From Octopus sinensis (lineage: Eukaryota): a stretch of 64,000 nucleotides of DNA. Both the position numbers and the translations under genes were made by a program. The stretch's first letter is position 1. Each line of letters opens with the position of its first letter. The notes under the pieces are model-generated. The model did not search any database. It was not told the DNA's origin and saw only the letters and a program-made list of their open reading frames with translations. The DNA is taken from positions 13,082,001 through 13,146,000 of the forward strand of contig NC_043007.1 in assembly GCF_006345805.1 (NCBI RefSeq), in the 5' to 3' direction. Positions 39,276-52,802 of this stretch are shown in pieces.

Positions 39276-40405
39276 AGAAACGTATATCGTTGTCTCCCCT
39301 GCCTGTTTGGTTTGACAGTAATGTTAGCTAAGACCCTGATATTTTTCCCAAACACCCTACTGTTGTTATTCATAAAGTTAAAAACATTTGGAAATAGCCA
39401 AAGCCACCCCTTTCTTATTTATAGTTTTTGTTAGTACAACAACCAGAATTTTGTTACAAGAATAAAGGTCATGTGGGTGTGTTAGTGAGTGAGTGTTTAC
39501 GTACATACTCACACATACATACACACATATATGTATATATTAATTTGTGTCGATTGAGCTTACAGTGATAAATTACAGAACTCAATATGCAAATGTAACG
39601 CATTCTTTATCATAATCCTTTTAAAAATTTGATAGAAGGACTCAAAGAGGTTACTCCTAAAAGTTTTCACATCGTCGTTCGTACAGCTGACAATTTGACT
39701 CTGCTGCCACATAAGGCCGTGGAAATATGTAAATAAATAAATAAATATCTAATATATATATATTATATATATATAAATTAATAAATAAATAAAACATAAG
39801 CATATATACATACATATATGTACGTACCTACCTCTACATGTATATATACATGCATATATGGGTACAGGACACCAAAAAAACGTCGAACACAATGAGAAAC
39901 GAAAACATAAACACAAAACCAAGGAAATGGACATTTTTCTTAAACAACGAAAAAATAGAGTGCAGGACATACAAAACAAGGAAAATTCCCCTTCTTCAGT
40001 CGCCTTTGTTTCATCTACTCCACGTTTCGAAGGTCAAGGCGATACATGACTTTAAGGAGACAATCCTTCCCGCGAAAACCAAATTAAATAAAATTTGAGA
40101 TTTTTTTGCAGAGGGGTAAAAAAGGTAACAAAAACAGGACAGTAACGACAATACAAAATATAAACAGTAAAAGACAGGACAAGGAGAATAACAGTAACAC
40201 AAACAAGAAGGGCTGTTAAGCCGAACGAGATAAAAAAATTTTACGAACGCTATTTTTTGAGAACGGCGAGGGAGCAACAGATGTGCCGTCTCTACTTGAA
40301 GGTAGCCAGGAGAAGTAAGACAGTAGTAGCCTTTATCTCGTTCGGCTTAACAGCCCTTTTTGTTTGTGTTACTGTTATTCTAAGTAATATTGTTCTATAT
40401 ATATA

Positions 40406-40440
<35 letters not shown>

Positions 40441-40953
40441 CTGGGTATTAAGTAACGGATTATTAGATAATAACCCGGTTATGTAACAGCACATGCTCTT
40501 CTCTTTTTATCCATACATGCCATCTCTGAAGAGAACTTAATATTACTTAAGCGCGCTCTTATCTAATATCCGGTCATCTCGCCATGTTGGACTGTTGAAC
40601 TCTGCACATTTCTTCTCTCTGTTTTTTTTTTCATTCTCTCTCCATTCCACCCCCCCTCTTAATCCTTTCTGTCGAAGAGCGTCTATTGTTTTCTGTAAAT
40701 TTGAACTATATATATATACATATTTAAGACCAAAAAAGGAAAAATCCACCGTCACAAAAAGTGACTAAGTGTGAAGGACAGAACCAGCGTTACTAGAAAT
40801 AAGAGTTAAAAACTCTTTAACCACGAACAAGCACAGTTCTATGTACTGACAATGGAGACAACTTCCACACAGCAAGCGAGAGCATCAGATTGGCACGTTA
40901 ATGTATATACGCCAATGTATGTCTATACATATATATATACATATATGCATATA

Positions 40954-41469
40954 CCGTAAATCCTCGAGTATAGTCCGCTCTTGAGTATAATACGAAGGGG
41001 ATTTTTAGGGGGTGGGGTGTAACTTTGAAAAACCTAAACCTTGTGTATAATACGCACCCCTTCTCTAACTTGAGTCAATGAGGTCTATATAACATCCTTG
41101 GTTTGTAAAACTGTATACGGTAATGTCCTTTATTATTATTGTATATATAACATAATGCAAACGTGTAGCTTTTTTGTGCATTTTGTTTGCAGAAAATAAA
41201 GAAATAACAGTAATAACGTTTAATAAATGTTGCTTACTGCAAGTTAAGGATGATTCTTTTATGACTTCATTGCTTTCAGGCTTAGCTTAAGGTATTTTCA
41301 CACCCGATATCACAAAATGCGTCTGAATAAACATTGCCGGACAGCAAATAGAGACTCGGACATTACTTAGAAAATAATTTTCATTTTTAACCTCGTATAT
41401 AGTATGCACTAAGGATTTTGACCTTTAAATTTTGGGAAAAAAGTGCGGATTATACTCGAGGATTTACGG
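40954..41469. mobile_element. MITE of Tc1/mariner-pogo type, 25-bp TIRs, TA TSD
   Basis: TA|CCGTAAATCCTCGAGTATAGTCCGC ... GCGGATTATACTCGAGGATTTACGG|TA, with one mismatch between the arms and no ORF inside. Confidence 0.9.
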
Positions 41470-41474
41470 TACTT

Positions 41475-41523
<49 letters not shown>

Positions 41524-41617
41524 TATACATACGTATGCACACACACACACCTATATTTGGACGCATACAGAGGCATACTCAAATACATATATTAAACAAT
41601 ATCTCTATTCGTTTAGT

Positions 41618-42211
41618 AAGTCGGCGAGCTGGTAGAAACGTTAGCACGCCGGGCGAAATGCTTAGCAGTATTTCGTCTGCCGTTACGTTCTGAGTTCATA
41701 TCCCGCCGAGGTCGATTTTGCCTTTCATCCTTTCGGGGTCGATAAATTAAGTACCAGATACGCACTGGGGTCGATATAATCGACTTAATCCGTTTGTCTA
41801 TCCTTGTTTGTCCCCTCTATGTTTAGCCCCTTGTGGGTAGTAAAGAAATAGGTATTTCGTCTGCCGCTACGTTGTGAGTTCAAATTCCGCCTAGGTTGAC
41901 TTTGCCTTTCATCCTTTCGGGGTCGATAAATTAACTACCAGTTGCGTACTGGAGTCGATGTAATCGACTGAATCCCTTTATCAATCCTTGTTTGTCTTCC
42001 TCTATGTTTAGCCCCTTGTGGGGCAATAAAGAAATAAGAAACGTTAGTAGGCCGTCTGTCTTTATGTTTTAAGTTCAAATTTCATCGAGGTAGACTTGGC
42101 CTTTTATCCTTTCGGAGGTCAATAAATCAAGTAACAGTTGCGTACTGGGGTCGATCTAATCGACTGGCCCCCTCCCCACAAATTTCGGGCCTTGTGCCTG
42201 GAGTAGAAAAT
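41618..42211 (+). mobile_element. SINE-A, three-unit full form, 20-bp TSD
   Basis: TSD AATAT(C/T)TCT(A/G)TTCGTTTAGT at 41598-41617 and 42212-42231. Confidence 0.9.
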
Positions 42212-42699
42212 AATATTTCTGTTCGTTTAGTCCCACTTCTATTCATAAGTTCATGATTCACTTTAGGTTGGTCGGTTGAGATGATTCATAGCACTTACTA
42301 ACGAATTCTTCTTCGTATTTTGGCGTTAACAAAACGACAACTGCTTTCTTTCCGACATAATGCTTAACTATAGTTAAACGAAGACCCCGGGCAATGAGTA
42401 GGGTGGGTTTATCTATAGAACAACTAACCATAATTAAATAAAGACGAGGGGAGTGAGGAACTTCAACAGACGTTATTGACAGGATCTGCCATCAGTATAG
42501 TCAGTGGCGCCATGCTAATAATAAAAAGAACATTCAGTTTGGAAAGCTTTATGAGTGGTGGGCGTGAAGGCTCTTGATCTGTGATGAAAACAAAACATCT
42601 TTGTGTTATTCGAACTCATGAAAATGATGTATTGTGGGCTACAAGTTTGCCTGTCGGTAATGAGTTTAAATCCGCTTCAGATATTTGGCTGCGTGACAG

Positions 42700-43042
42700 T
42701 TCTTATTGTTAGCAGCATTTCGTCCGTCTTCTGCGTTCTGAGTTCAAACTCTACCGAAGTTGACTTTGTTTTTCATCCTTTCGGGATCGATAAATTAGGT
42801 ACCAGTTGCACACTGGGGTCGATGTAACCCACTAAGCAATTCCCCCAAATTGTTGCCCTTCTGGATATAGCAGAAGAGATTATTAGAGGCATTCCCTTCG
42901 TCATCACGTTCTGAGTTCAAATTCCGATTTTACCTTTCATTCTTTCGGGGTCGATGAAATAATTACCAGTCGAGAATTGAGGTCGATATAATCGACTAGT
43001 TCCCTCACACAAAATTTCAGGCCTTGTGCCTAAAATAGAAAA

Positions 43043-43104
<62 letters not shown>

Positions 43105-43105
43105 A
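42700..43105 (+). mobile_element. Degenerate SINE-A with (ATT)n tail
   Basis: B box GTTCTGAGTTCAAA occurs twice, followed by the core and GGCCTTGTGCC tail, then (ATT)n. Confidence 0.8.
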
Positions 43106-43945
43106 GCTTCGTCTAAAGCAGAGTCGGTCGGCAAAGCGATTAATGTTGACCAGTGGACTACGTAGCTTCCCTAGGGGTCGAAAAATAATTTAAACAACTT
43201 TGAGCACTAAGGGCGCTGAATTATTCAGGAACTGAATGTAGGATAATTTAAGGTTAAACCTCATTAATGTCCTGCCAAATATTGATGCAATAACTAGTAT
43301 TCATTTACCAAACATATTTCAAATTAAATGTTACGACAACATCAATAAAATATGACTGAATTTTTAGTGCTCTTCATCAATTTTGTTAAGTACTTTCATT
43401 AAAGCTCTTTAAATATTTCTTATAAAAAGACGCTAATGACACGAAAGAACGAAGGAATTATTCTTTTTAAATCAAGAAATTCTTTCATTAATTTTATACT
43501 TTTTAATTTCAGTTTAGGAGTTTGCAAGATGGGAATCGATAAATTATGAACGGTTTCATGAAGGGGTGGGTGATTGAAGTTTACCGACCCCTTGTCTACA
43601 GTAAAGGGCTGTGGCTTTGTAGACTCTTCGGGACCTGTGATAATGATGCGGTTTATGTTCATTTTGAACAGTCAGTGTTCAAAAACTGCCAGTTTCTGCA
43701 TTTAATAAATGCAGAGAAAATTTGAGCTGAGGGCTAAAAAAGAAACAACGAGAATTTAAAAAAAAAACAGCAAAAAACATGGACAAGGATTCCAGAGGCC
43801 TGATGTTCTGAGCAAGAATGGCTGCTTTTTAGGGGTTAGATAGGGTGGAAAGTCTATGGGTAACGGAAAGTGGAGAGACAAATGAATGAAAGTGGGTAGA
43901 AGGAGACCAGATCAATCGAGGAGCAGAGAATACCATAATAACGCT

Positions 43946-44358
43946 AGGCGAGCTGGCAGAAACGTTAGCACGATGGGCGAAATGCTTAGCGGTATTTCGT
44001 CGGCCGTTACGTTCTGAGTTTAAATTCCGCTGAGGTCGACTTTGCCTTTCATCCTTTCGGGGTCGATAAATTAAGTACCAGTTACGCTCTGGGGTCGATG
44101 TAATCGACTTAATACCTATGTCTGTCCTTGTTTGTCCCCTCTGTGTTTAGCCCCTTGTGGGTAATAAAGAAATAGGTATTTCGTTGGCCGTTACGTTCTG
44201 AGTTTAAATTCCGCCGTGGTCGACTTTGCCTTTCATCCTTTCGTGGTCGATTACATAAGTACCAGTTACGCACTGGGGTCGATGTAATCGACTTAATCCG
44301 TTTGTCTGTCCCTGTTTGTCCCCTCTGTGTCTAGCACCTTGTGGGCAGTAAAGAAATA
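43946..44358 (+). mobile_element. SINE-A, two-unit form
   Basis: GGCGAGCTGGCAGAAACGTTAGC head and two internal units. Confidence 0.9.
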
Positions 44359-44845
44359 AGAAGAGGCAACTTAAGAAAACCGCATAATCTGTAGGTTTGA
44401 GGTTGGAGAATGTTGGTGGACGACTCCATTCCAGTCATATAAGTTGGCTCGTTTTCTTTTTTATCTGGATATGGCCTTGTGCTGTAGCACCACTGTCCCA
44501 GATGTGGGATCAATACTACAGTGTGAGTGTCAGCTGAGCTTTATAAAGGAATATATTTTCTGGCTCGGAAAAGGAAGGCCAATCTCTATGGTGCAATCTT
44601 TGTTAAGGTGAAGATAAAAACAAATAGATAATAGTTAATTTAGTATTAACCACGCAGTGAGCCAAGTTGTTTTAATTAATTGAAATACTTTGTAGAAAAA
44701 AAAGCAGATAGAAAATATATAACTTAATTAACTCCTTGTCTCCAACCAGTCTTCAGGACTCTGAAAAGGAGAAGGCCGCTGCCTTTCTTCCTCTGATTTG
44801 ACCATTGAAAAACACAACACGCACGCGCACACACGCACACACACA

Positions 44846-44897
<52 letters not shown>

Positions 44898-45404
44898 CTC
44901 ACATATCGGCACCAACATGTTATTGAATAATTCGGTTTTCATTGATTCGTTATTCTCTTTGCGGAAAATGAAATTTTATCACGTGATTTGTTTAACCCTT
45001 GTTGCTGCTACTGCTGCTGCTGCTGCTGCACAAAACGTAACATTTTTGTTTACATTCTTTCTCTTTACATTAGAAATAGGTTTGGTATTGAGTTGACACC
45101 AGTTCATGAACTTTAGTGTTTATCTAAATAGGCTTGTCTCATATTCGTCTCATGTTCCCAGCGGACTAAATGGTGTAGGATGGCGAGGAAGATGTGATGT
45201 AACAGCCACCTTGACACACGGGAGTCACACTTGCAGATAGCTATATCCGCCTCGGTAGCGGTGAGCTGAGATGTGGTCCGGGGGCCGCGAACACTGTCAC
45301 TGGCTCTACCACTAACCTGTCAGAGAGCGGCCGATACTGTGACAGTCTGCCCTTCTCAGCCTGACAAGCAGCGAAGCCTGGGCTTGCAACCGTTCTTCTT
45401 TATT

Positions 45405-45801
45405 CTTTTCTACTCTAGGCACAAGGCCCGAAATTTTGGGGAAGGGGGCCAGTCGATTAGATCGACCCCAGTGCACAACTGGTACTTTATTTATCGACCC
45501 CGAAAGGATGAAAGGCAAAGTCGACCTCTGCGGAATTTGATCTCAGAACATAAAGACAGACGAAATACCTATTTCTTTACTACCCAAAAGGGGCTAAACA
45601 CAGAGAGGATAAACAAGGACAGACAAACGGATTAAGTCGATTATATCGACTCCAGTGCGTAACTGGTACTTCTTTAATCGACCCCGAAAGGATGAAAGGC
45701 AAAGTCGACCTCGGCGGAATTTGAACTCAGAACGTAGCGGCAGACGAAATACGGGTACGCATTACGCCCGGCGTGCTAACGTTTCTTTTAGCTCGCCACC
45801 T
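45405..45801 (-). mobile_element. SINE-A, full two-unit form, 12-bp TSD
   Basis: TSD TTCTTCTTTATT at 45393-45404 and 45802-45813. Confidence 0.92.
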
Positions 45802-46387
45802 TTCTTCTTTATTGCATACTCCGTCTGCTACGTTTGCAATCCAAGAGAATTTATAGTCGGGAATACGTTTGTTTGCCATTTATGGGGGAAATCCGTGGTT
45901 TCGGATTAAGGTTCTTTGGCCAAAATTGAGCCGGTGAAAGAGGGGAAAAAAGGTGAGTAAATTGGATAAATTATTGGTTTCAAAATGATCGATACTCAAC
46001 CCCTTTAATAAACTAGCGAAATTTTTATCACCTGCTCTTTATTAATGAGAAGGCAAAAATAGGATTTGCATCCATGTAATTTTTCTTTCTTCGCCATCAT
46101 GTTGGACAGATTCAAAAATTTTAGAACTTGTCTTAGATATGTGCTCTTAGGGAACTGACATCTTCAGGAATAGAGCCAGCGTTTCCTCTGCGTGTCGTAA
46201 AAGGTGACTAAAACAGGCTAAGGTAGGGTATGCACTCCAACCGCACAAAATACCTCTCCGGCAACGACTACCCATGGGCTGGAGAGTTGTCGCCCAAGTG
46301 GTCAAAGATGTCATCATTCCTCCTCCGGGCGTAAGGGAATCACCAACAAACGTTGGATACAGCGACGCGCTATTACAGTGTATGCTC

Positions 46388-46520
46388 CCTACTACTACAA
46401 CTACAACTACTACTACTACTGCGGCTACTACTACTACTACTACTACTACTACTGCCGCTACTACTACTACTACTACTACTACTTCCGCTACTACTACTGC
46501 TACTGCTGCTACTACTACTA
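46388..46520. repeat. (CTA)n microsatellite with GCT/GCC interruptions
   Basis: Read directly from the sequence. Confidence 0.95.
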
Positions 46521-47984
46521 CATGTTAACCGTATCCAATTGTGGATATTATGCGAATAATATATAATCTTAATTTGCATATAATGCTGGTGTGCATAACA
46601 GCAGCAACGTCCTCTATATGCGAGCAGTTCTCCTCAGTAGTAAGCTGCCATCTCCACTCTTGTATTTCCAACTCGTATTTTCTTCTTTCGTCAACCATAT
46701 TGTTTGCATTCCAAAGTCCTGCATTAACCACATCGCCCTGTTCTTTCCCCGCAAAAGTTGGACCTCTGAAATTCATTCCTTGCTCATGTTTTTCTCCGCG
46801 ACTGTCCACTTGTAATTGTTCAAGAGGGACATTAACTATATCGATCTTACCAGTCTGTGAGGGCCCCCAAAAGCTATGAGCAACGTTCGTTTCCCTAGAC
46901 CCAATCAATAAAAAATAAATAAATCAAAACTATAAGTTCTATGACTAGAAATTGTTGCTTTGATTTATATAATTCTACCGTTTTTTAGAGAAGATTTATT
47001 TCAAAGCATTTCAAATTTATTTTGTTTTAAGCTCTTTAAAAGTAATATAGAAGAAAAATAGAATGTTGTACGATGTGTTAGTTTAGAAGGGGAAAAAACC
47101 TTTCGCTTTGTACCTAATAAGAAACTATTGTAATGTTATTTCATCTGGCCCTTTTGTTTACACAACCATAATAAAACCTGAACTTTTTAAAGCAGTTTAG
47201 AAAGTGGAGAAGTTCTGTCTATACTTTTTCACGTGAACCGGAATCTGGTATTAACATTAGAAGCCAGCAGTCTGTAAATAAATCTCTTATCACTTTGTAG
47301 CTTCGGCTTCGGCGGAAAAATAAGTTTGACATCTCCAAAAATAATATCGCTGGCCGTAATATTGGAAGAGTAAGCCACAAAGAGGGAGATGAAGTCTCTA
47401 ATGGCTGCATTAATTTCTATAACCTCTCACTTCAAACAGATAAATGCCCGATATTAAATAATTAAACCGTAGTCTTGTTTGTTGAGGTTGTGTGTGATGT
47501 ATCTTCAGAATTGCAATAGCAGTTAAAGTTTAGACTATCAGGTAAATTTTTGTCTATTTCCTTTGGGACTTATTAATCTTTCTTGAAATAGATTAGAAGT
47601 TTTATATACACTGCAAGGCATTTTGTTTATCTCTCTGAGCAAAACGCTTCTACGTGCCTCACTTCACGTAACTTCTGGGAATAAGTTTGGGAATGAATAA
47701 AGGAAAATCTGTAAGAATGCTGAGAGAAGTAGGGAACTAATGCTTCCAATGCATAACAAAAATATTCGTCTGCGACAGAGAATACCACCAAACCGTTAGT
47801 TCTCTCTTCATTCGGCGAAGCAGTTAATAATTATTTCGAAGATGTATTTTGCTTGATATGTGATTTGATCTGAGAACTTAAGATGAGATTAAAATATGAC
47901 AGTGTGGAAGACTCATATTAACCATTCAAAAATGCACAAAGACTCTTAACTTCATTCACTTAAACATTTATTATTTGGTGTCAA

Positions 47985-48389
47985 GATTTTCGTCGCAGAA
48001 ACTAACAAGCTCAACTCTTGCTTCAGTTTCTATGACTTCACCAGCTCTAATTTGGGGGCTCCTTAATTCTCTGATTGTAATCCCATGAATTAATATGTGT
48101 GGGGCGTGGTTGAGAAAGACACCAACCGCTCTGCCTGCAACAGCAAAGCCGAGCTTGTGGCCAAAATCAAGGAAGTGTACGAAAACCTTCCCAAGGAGGA
48201 AGGTGTGCGCCAGGTCCCCGGAGTTATCTCGAGGCCGTAGTGGAAGCCGAGGGCAGCTATTATATCTCCCAGCTATTATATAATTGATATTTTTTGATTT
48301 TTTAAAAAAATACTTATATTTATGCATGTGATATTCTGCCTTCTTTTCCTTTTATGCAAACTGTGAAATTCAGCCCGAACGCCCTGTAA
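47985..48389 (+). mobile_element. Tc1/mariner transposase C-terminal remnant with right terminus
   Basis: Frameshifted translation ..DCNPM..YVWGVVEKDTNRSACNSKAELVAKIKEV..LEAVVEAEGSY matches the W(P)xxSPDxNPxxxxW region. It ends in ..CGCCCTGTA, the reverse complement of the Tc1-type TACAGGG terminus. Confidence 0.8.
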
Positions 48390-48582
48390 ATACTTCTATG
48401 ATGTAATCTTGTGAGGAAATGCAGTGCTCATGACCCTGCTTTCATGGCTTCAGAGACGGCGGTGGAGAAATGGGTTATTTTCCCACGGGATATTTGGTCA
48501 CTGACATCAAATAATAAATGTTTAGAAAAGTTAACAATCTTTGTGTGTTTTTGATGGCTAATTCGTGTCTTCCACGTAAGGC

Positions 48583-48750
48583 AGTGAGCTGGCAGAATCG
48601 GCAGCATGTCGGACAATATGCTTTGCTGCATTTCGTCCGTATTTACGCCGGGGTCGGCTTTCTTTTCATCCTTTGAACACTGGGAGTCGATGTAATCGAC
48701 TTAATCTCGCCCCCGAAATTGCTGGCCTTGTGCCAAAATTTGATTCCAAT
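48583..48750 (+). mobile_element. Degenerate, deleted SINE-A
   Basis: GTGAGCTGGCAGAATCG head, GTCGATGTAATCGACTTAATC core and GGCCTTGTGCC tail. Confidence 0.7.
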
Positions 48751-49656
48751 ATGTGTCTTCCACGTGGTTAATTGAATTAATTATTATGTTTCCTTGTTTC
48801 ATAATCCTACCAATTCTAATGACTGGTTGAGAATTGCAGTTAGTTCTTTAAATGTCGTGTTTGGGTGCGAATTCACAGCTAAAGTGATTCCTGGACTTTA
48901 GTAAAAACATCGAACAATCTTAATTCAGTAATTAAACATCTTTGAATTACAGTTGCTGCTTACTTTCGAACCTGAATCTGTTTGATGAGTACAATGACAG
49001 AATGTTTAAGTAACCCTCCAAATTCCTCAATTTTAGTTTCAAGGGCCTCTGAATAAACAACTTTATAAATTTCACCCAAGGTTGAATGTCTAAATAGTCA
49101 TCTATTTTTTTTTAAGTATGTTACGGTGGGAAAAATTAAATCAGGGTCAAATCCTGTTTTATGGTCTCTACAAATAACTTTTCGGCGAAACGGTATGATT
49201 CTAGTAATTCTAGATTTTAATGATCTTTACAAAAAAGGTCCAGCATAAGGGCGTTGGTTTAGGATTTGTATTTTCTTAATTCTCATATCACTTCTGTTAT
49301 TTTTGCCTTGTGTTGAAAACAAACTGATGTCTTAAATTTTTGATGAGAGACTGTCAGACTATTTAGTAGTCTTATGTGACCCAATACATCGGGGGTTCAA
49401 TCCTTGGATCAAACGTTATGTTACTCCAGTCACCTCAGTGACTCAGCCGATTCTTGAAACAACCCCTTCCTCTTCCTGTCCCATCCTGGATGTTTCGCTT
49501 TGTCAAATAAAGTAGGGAACCAAGAAGCTGTCTATATCTGCCCGCGACTACGTAGACCTCTAAAGAAATTCAATGAGGGAAAGCATGGTGCATGCTACAA
49601 AGTCATACACGTTTACGAATGACGGCCATGATTACAAAATGTGTGTGTGTGTGTGT

Positions 49657-50000
49657 ATTATAATTTAGGGTATCTAAGAGATAACGCCACGCTGGAAATA
49701 GCAGCCAAAATTTGCATATATATATATATGTATGTATACGTTCGTATATGTTGGTATTCGCATGTTATGTGTATATACATGAGTGTATTTATGTTACTTT
49801 CTGCGTATATTCCACTGAAGAGGCAAAGCATTTCTTATGCAAAGTCAGAAATCCGGGATCTGGAATTATCCAGTAATTTTTTTGCTAGTTTATTTTGTCT
49901 TCACTCCTAGTGCTGTATGAACATTTAATGTGGTTTGAGAGTCAGATTTTGGCTGCTATTTCCAGCGTGGCGGTATCTCTTAGATACCCTAGATTATAAT
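49657..50000. mobile_element. Short inverted-repeat element (about 55-bp arms), possibly a hAT-type MITE
   Basis: 49657-49711 is the reverse complement of 49946-50000 with 2 mismatches. The outer ATTATAAT is palindromic, so it could also be an 8-bp TSD next to TAGGG-like termini. Confidence 0.65.
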
Positions 50001-50076
50001 TTTAATAATAATCATTACATTTGAAGGTTTTTATTCCCATGCTGACCACTTGATAAGATCGATATTTCAATTAACG

Positions 50077-50107
<31 letters not shown>

Positions 50108-50966
50108 TGTGTGTGTGCGCGCGCGTTTAATTTTGTGTGTGTGAATATATGTGCAAGCTGGTGATCTGGGACGTTATGAGTTAAATGTTTGGGCCATCCA
50201 GTAGCTTTTACCATGAATCGAATCAACACTTATATTGGTAGTCTATATGCCCTCTTCACTATGTCATCCGTAGTTCTCTTAACAATATGTTAATACACAC
50301 ACTTTCCCCCGTTTGAAAATACATTCTTTTTCGGGAATAGCGTGCGGTTTTAAATAATTAAAAAAAAAAGCCCAAAATAAGATTACATCTTAAATATGCT
50401 GATTTTCAATAGTAACAAATTCTTGTGATTTCTTTCCATACATTTTTTTCTTTTTTTTTTTTGGTAGTTTTTCAAATTTGAATTTTGAAGTTATTTCTAT
50501 AGAAACTTTTTTTGATATTTTCGAACCAAATTTTAGACCGAAACAAAATTTGCTTGCAAATTTTCACTTATCGGAAACCAATTCTTTCCATCGTCTCCAG
50601 GGACAGCAAATAATATTTTGTTCTTTAGAAGGATAAATTTACATTCCCGCACTCGTATTGCAATGATATCATGTTGATTCCAACATCACCCGTATAGAAT
50701 TGCTATTTTTGAATTTGGCGTCTGGTTGGAAATAAAAATATTGATTTCTTACATAGATGCAATGCTGACTCTGAAAAACGAGCGAGGCTTAAAGAACAAT
50801 TGATTTGGCTTAATATATTAGACGTACCTCGGTTTTTATACCCCGAATGTGTAAAATACAAATATTTACATCACTTGTGCTTGAACCTTGCAATCAACAT
50901 TGCTGGAATTAATCTGAATTTCTTTAGTTTCTCATAATGTTTTTCACCCTTTTAATTTAGAATAGA

Positions 50967-50997
<31 letters not shown>

Positions 50998-51002
50998 ACC
51001 TT

Positions 51003-51417
51003 TTTTCCTACTATAGGCACAAGGCCCGAAATTTTGAGTGAGTGGTGCCAGCCGATTAGATCGACCCCAGTACGCAACTGGTACTTAATTTATTGACCCC
51101 CGAAAGGATAAAAAGCCAAGTCGACCTCGATGAAATTTGAACTCAAAACAAAGACAGACGAAATGCTGTTAAGCATTTCGCCCGGCCTACTAACGTTTCT
51201 TATTTCTTTATTGCCCCACAAGGGGCTAAACATAGAGGAAGACAAACAAGGATTGATAAAGGGATTCAGTTGATTACATCGACTCCAGTGCATAACTGGT
51301 AGTTAATTTATCGACCCCGAAGGGATGAAAGGCAAAGTCAACCTAGGCGGAATTTGAACTCAGAACGTAACGGCAGACGAAATACCGCCGTGATAATGGT
51401 TCTGCTAGCTCGCCGCC
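51003..51417 (-). mobile_element. SINE-A of the same subfamily as 41618-42211
   Basis: Shares the diagnostic variants CCTAGGTTGAC, TTAACTACC, GAATCCCTTTATCAATCC and GAAACGTTAGTAGGCCG. Confidence 0.9.
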
Positions 51418-51494
51418 TTGCACCAGTCAATATGATCGATGTAACCAGCTTAACCCGCACCTCGATCCGCCTCAAAATTGATGGCCTTGTTGTT

Positions 51495-51778
51495 GTTTGT
51501 TCCTTTCCGAGCCGTGTTTGGCTCATAAGGGCCGGTTTTCCAGGTTTCATTGGCGTATAGGTTCCTCACTTGGACGGGACGCCGGTCCGTCGCAGGTGAG
51601 CTGCAAGAGGAAAGAGTGAGAGAAAGTTGTGGCGAAAGAGTCAGCAGAAGTTCGCCATTACCTTCTACCTGGAGCCGCGTGGAACTTAGATGTTTCGCTC
51701 ATAAACGGTCTGAGATTCGAACCCGCGATCCCTCGACTGCGAGTCCGCTGCTCTAACCACTAGGCCATGTGCCTCCAC
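51495..51778 (-). mobile_element. SINE-C2
   Basis: Homolog of 34318-34605. Confidence 0.85.
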
Positions 51779-52354
51779 GATGGCCTGGAGCCGTAATTAA
51801 AAAGAAATAAGTAAGTCAAGATGCAAAAGAATTCACTATTAAGATATTGTTTAGCCTCAAGTCAGCTTTAATCCAGTAGATCTATAATTAAAAGTTTGTC
51901 AACTGTGAGTATCACTTCTTATATTTCAAACTCAGTAATGTATCTTACAACCCATGCTACCCCCCCCCCACATTTTTTTAAAAGCCATGATATGATTTGT
52001 GGGAGGTTCGTAGCAGGTCGCTAAATGAAGTTGACTGATGTATATGATTACATATTTTTGCTGCGTCTAATCTTAGAACAGAATGGAATTTCTTGATTAT
52101 AGTATGCAATAAGCATGGTACTTGCATTGAAATTTGTTTTGACAGAAGTGAAAAGCTAAATACGGGGTATAAAATAGATAGCATAATAGATAAACAGATA
52201 AGCAGAACAAACAAAGGCAACAGCACGGAGTGTTAAATATATTTAAAGTTGGTCTCTGTAGATTTGTAGTTGATAGTTCGCTTAAGATATGCACAGCACA
52301 CAAGGTAAAAAGCTTAAATCTTCTAAAACTAGTTATTTTCTGTAATGGAGTTGT

Positions 52355-52411
<57 letters not shown>

Positions 52412-52544
52412 ATATGTAAACATGCAACGTATCTATAACCATAGAGAAACAGCTTTCTTAAAGTATTTCAATGAAACATTGCATATCAGTTATCGGACAA
52501 GTTTTAAGTTATAATCACGTATTACTTCGAAGAGCACAATGCCA

Positions 52545-52556
52545 TGAGTATATTTT

Positions 52557-52613
<57 letters not shown>

Positions 52614-52743
52614 TATATTTTCAATATATATATATATATATGAGTATATTTTCAATATAATATATATTATGAGTATATTTTCAATATATATATATATATA
52701 TGAGTATATTTTCATATATATATATATATATGAGTATATTTTC

Positions 52744-52800
<57 letters not shown>
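52545..52800. repeat. Minisatellite ATGAGTATATTTTC(A)-(AT)n
   Basis: The anchor GAGTATATTTTCA recurs between variable (TA)n runs and reappears at about 54102, on the far side of the CR1 insertion. Confidence 0.9.
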
Positions 52801-52802
52801 CC

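Noticed and set aside
39975-40045. CTGAAGA and GAAACGT motifs on the minus strand suggesting a type II hammerhead
   Set aside because: Stem II pairing is poor unless it overlaps the core, no stem I hairpin is evident, and the would-be cleavage triplet is GUG, which is not permitted. Probably a degenerate repeat.
46185-46345. CTGCGTGTCGTAAAAGGTGACTAAA, reminiscent of RTE 5' UTR / HDV-like ribozyme regions
   Set aside because: It is a single degenerate occurrence with no adjoining ORF, and a nested double pseudoknot could not be folded by eye.
46525-46908. 127-aa non-repetitive ORF on the minus strand
   Set aside because: No recognisable domain, and an overlapping antisense ORF is of similar length. 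It cannot be distinguished from a chance ORF without homology or RNA data.
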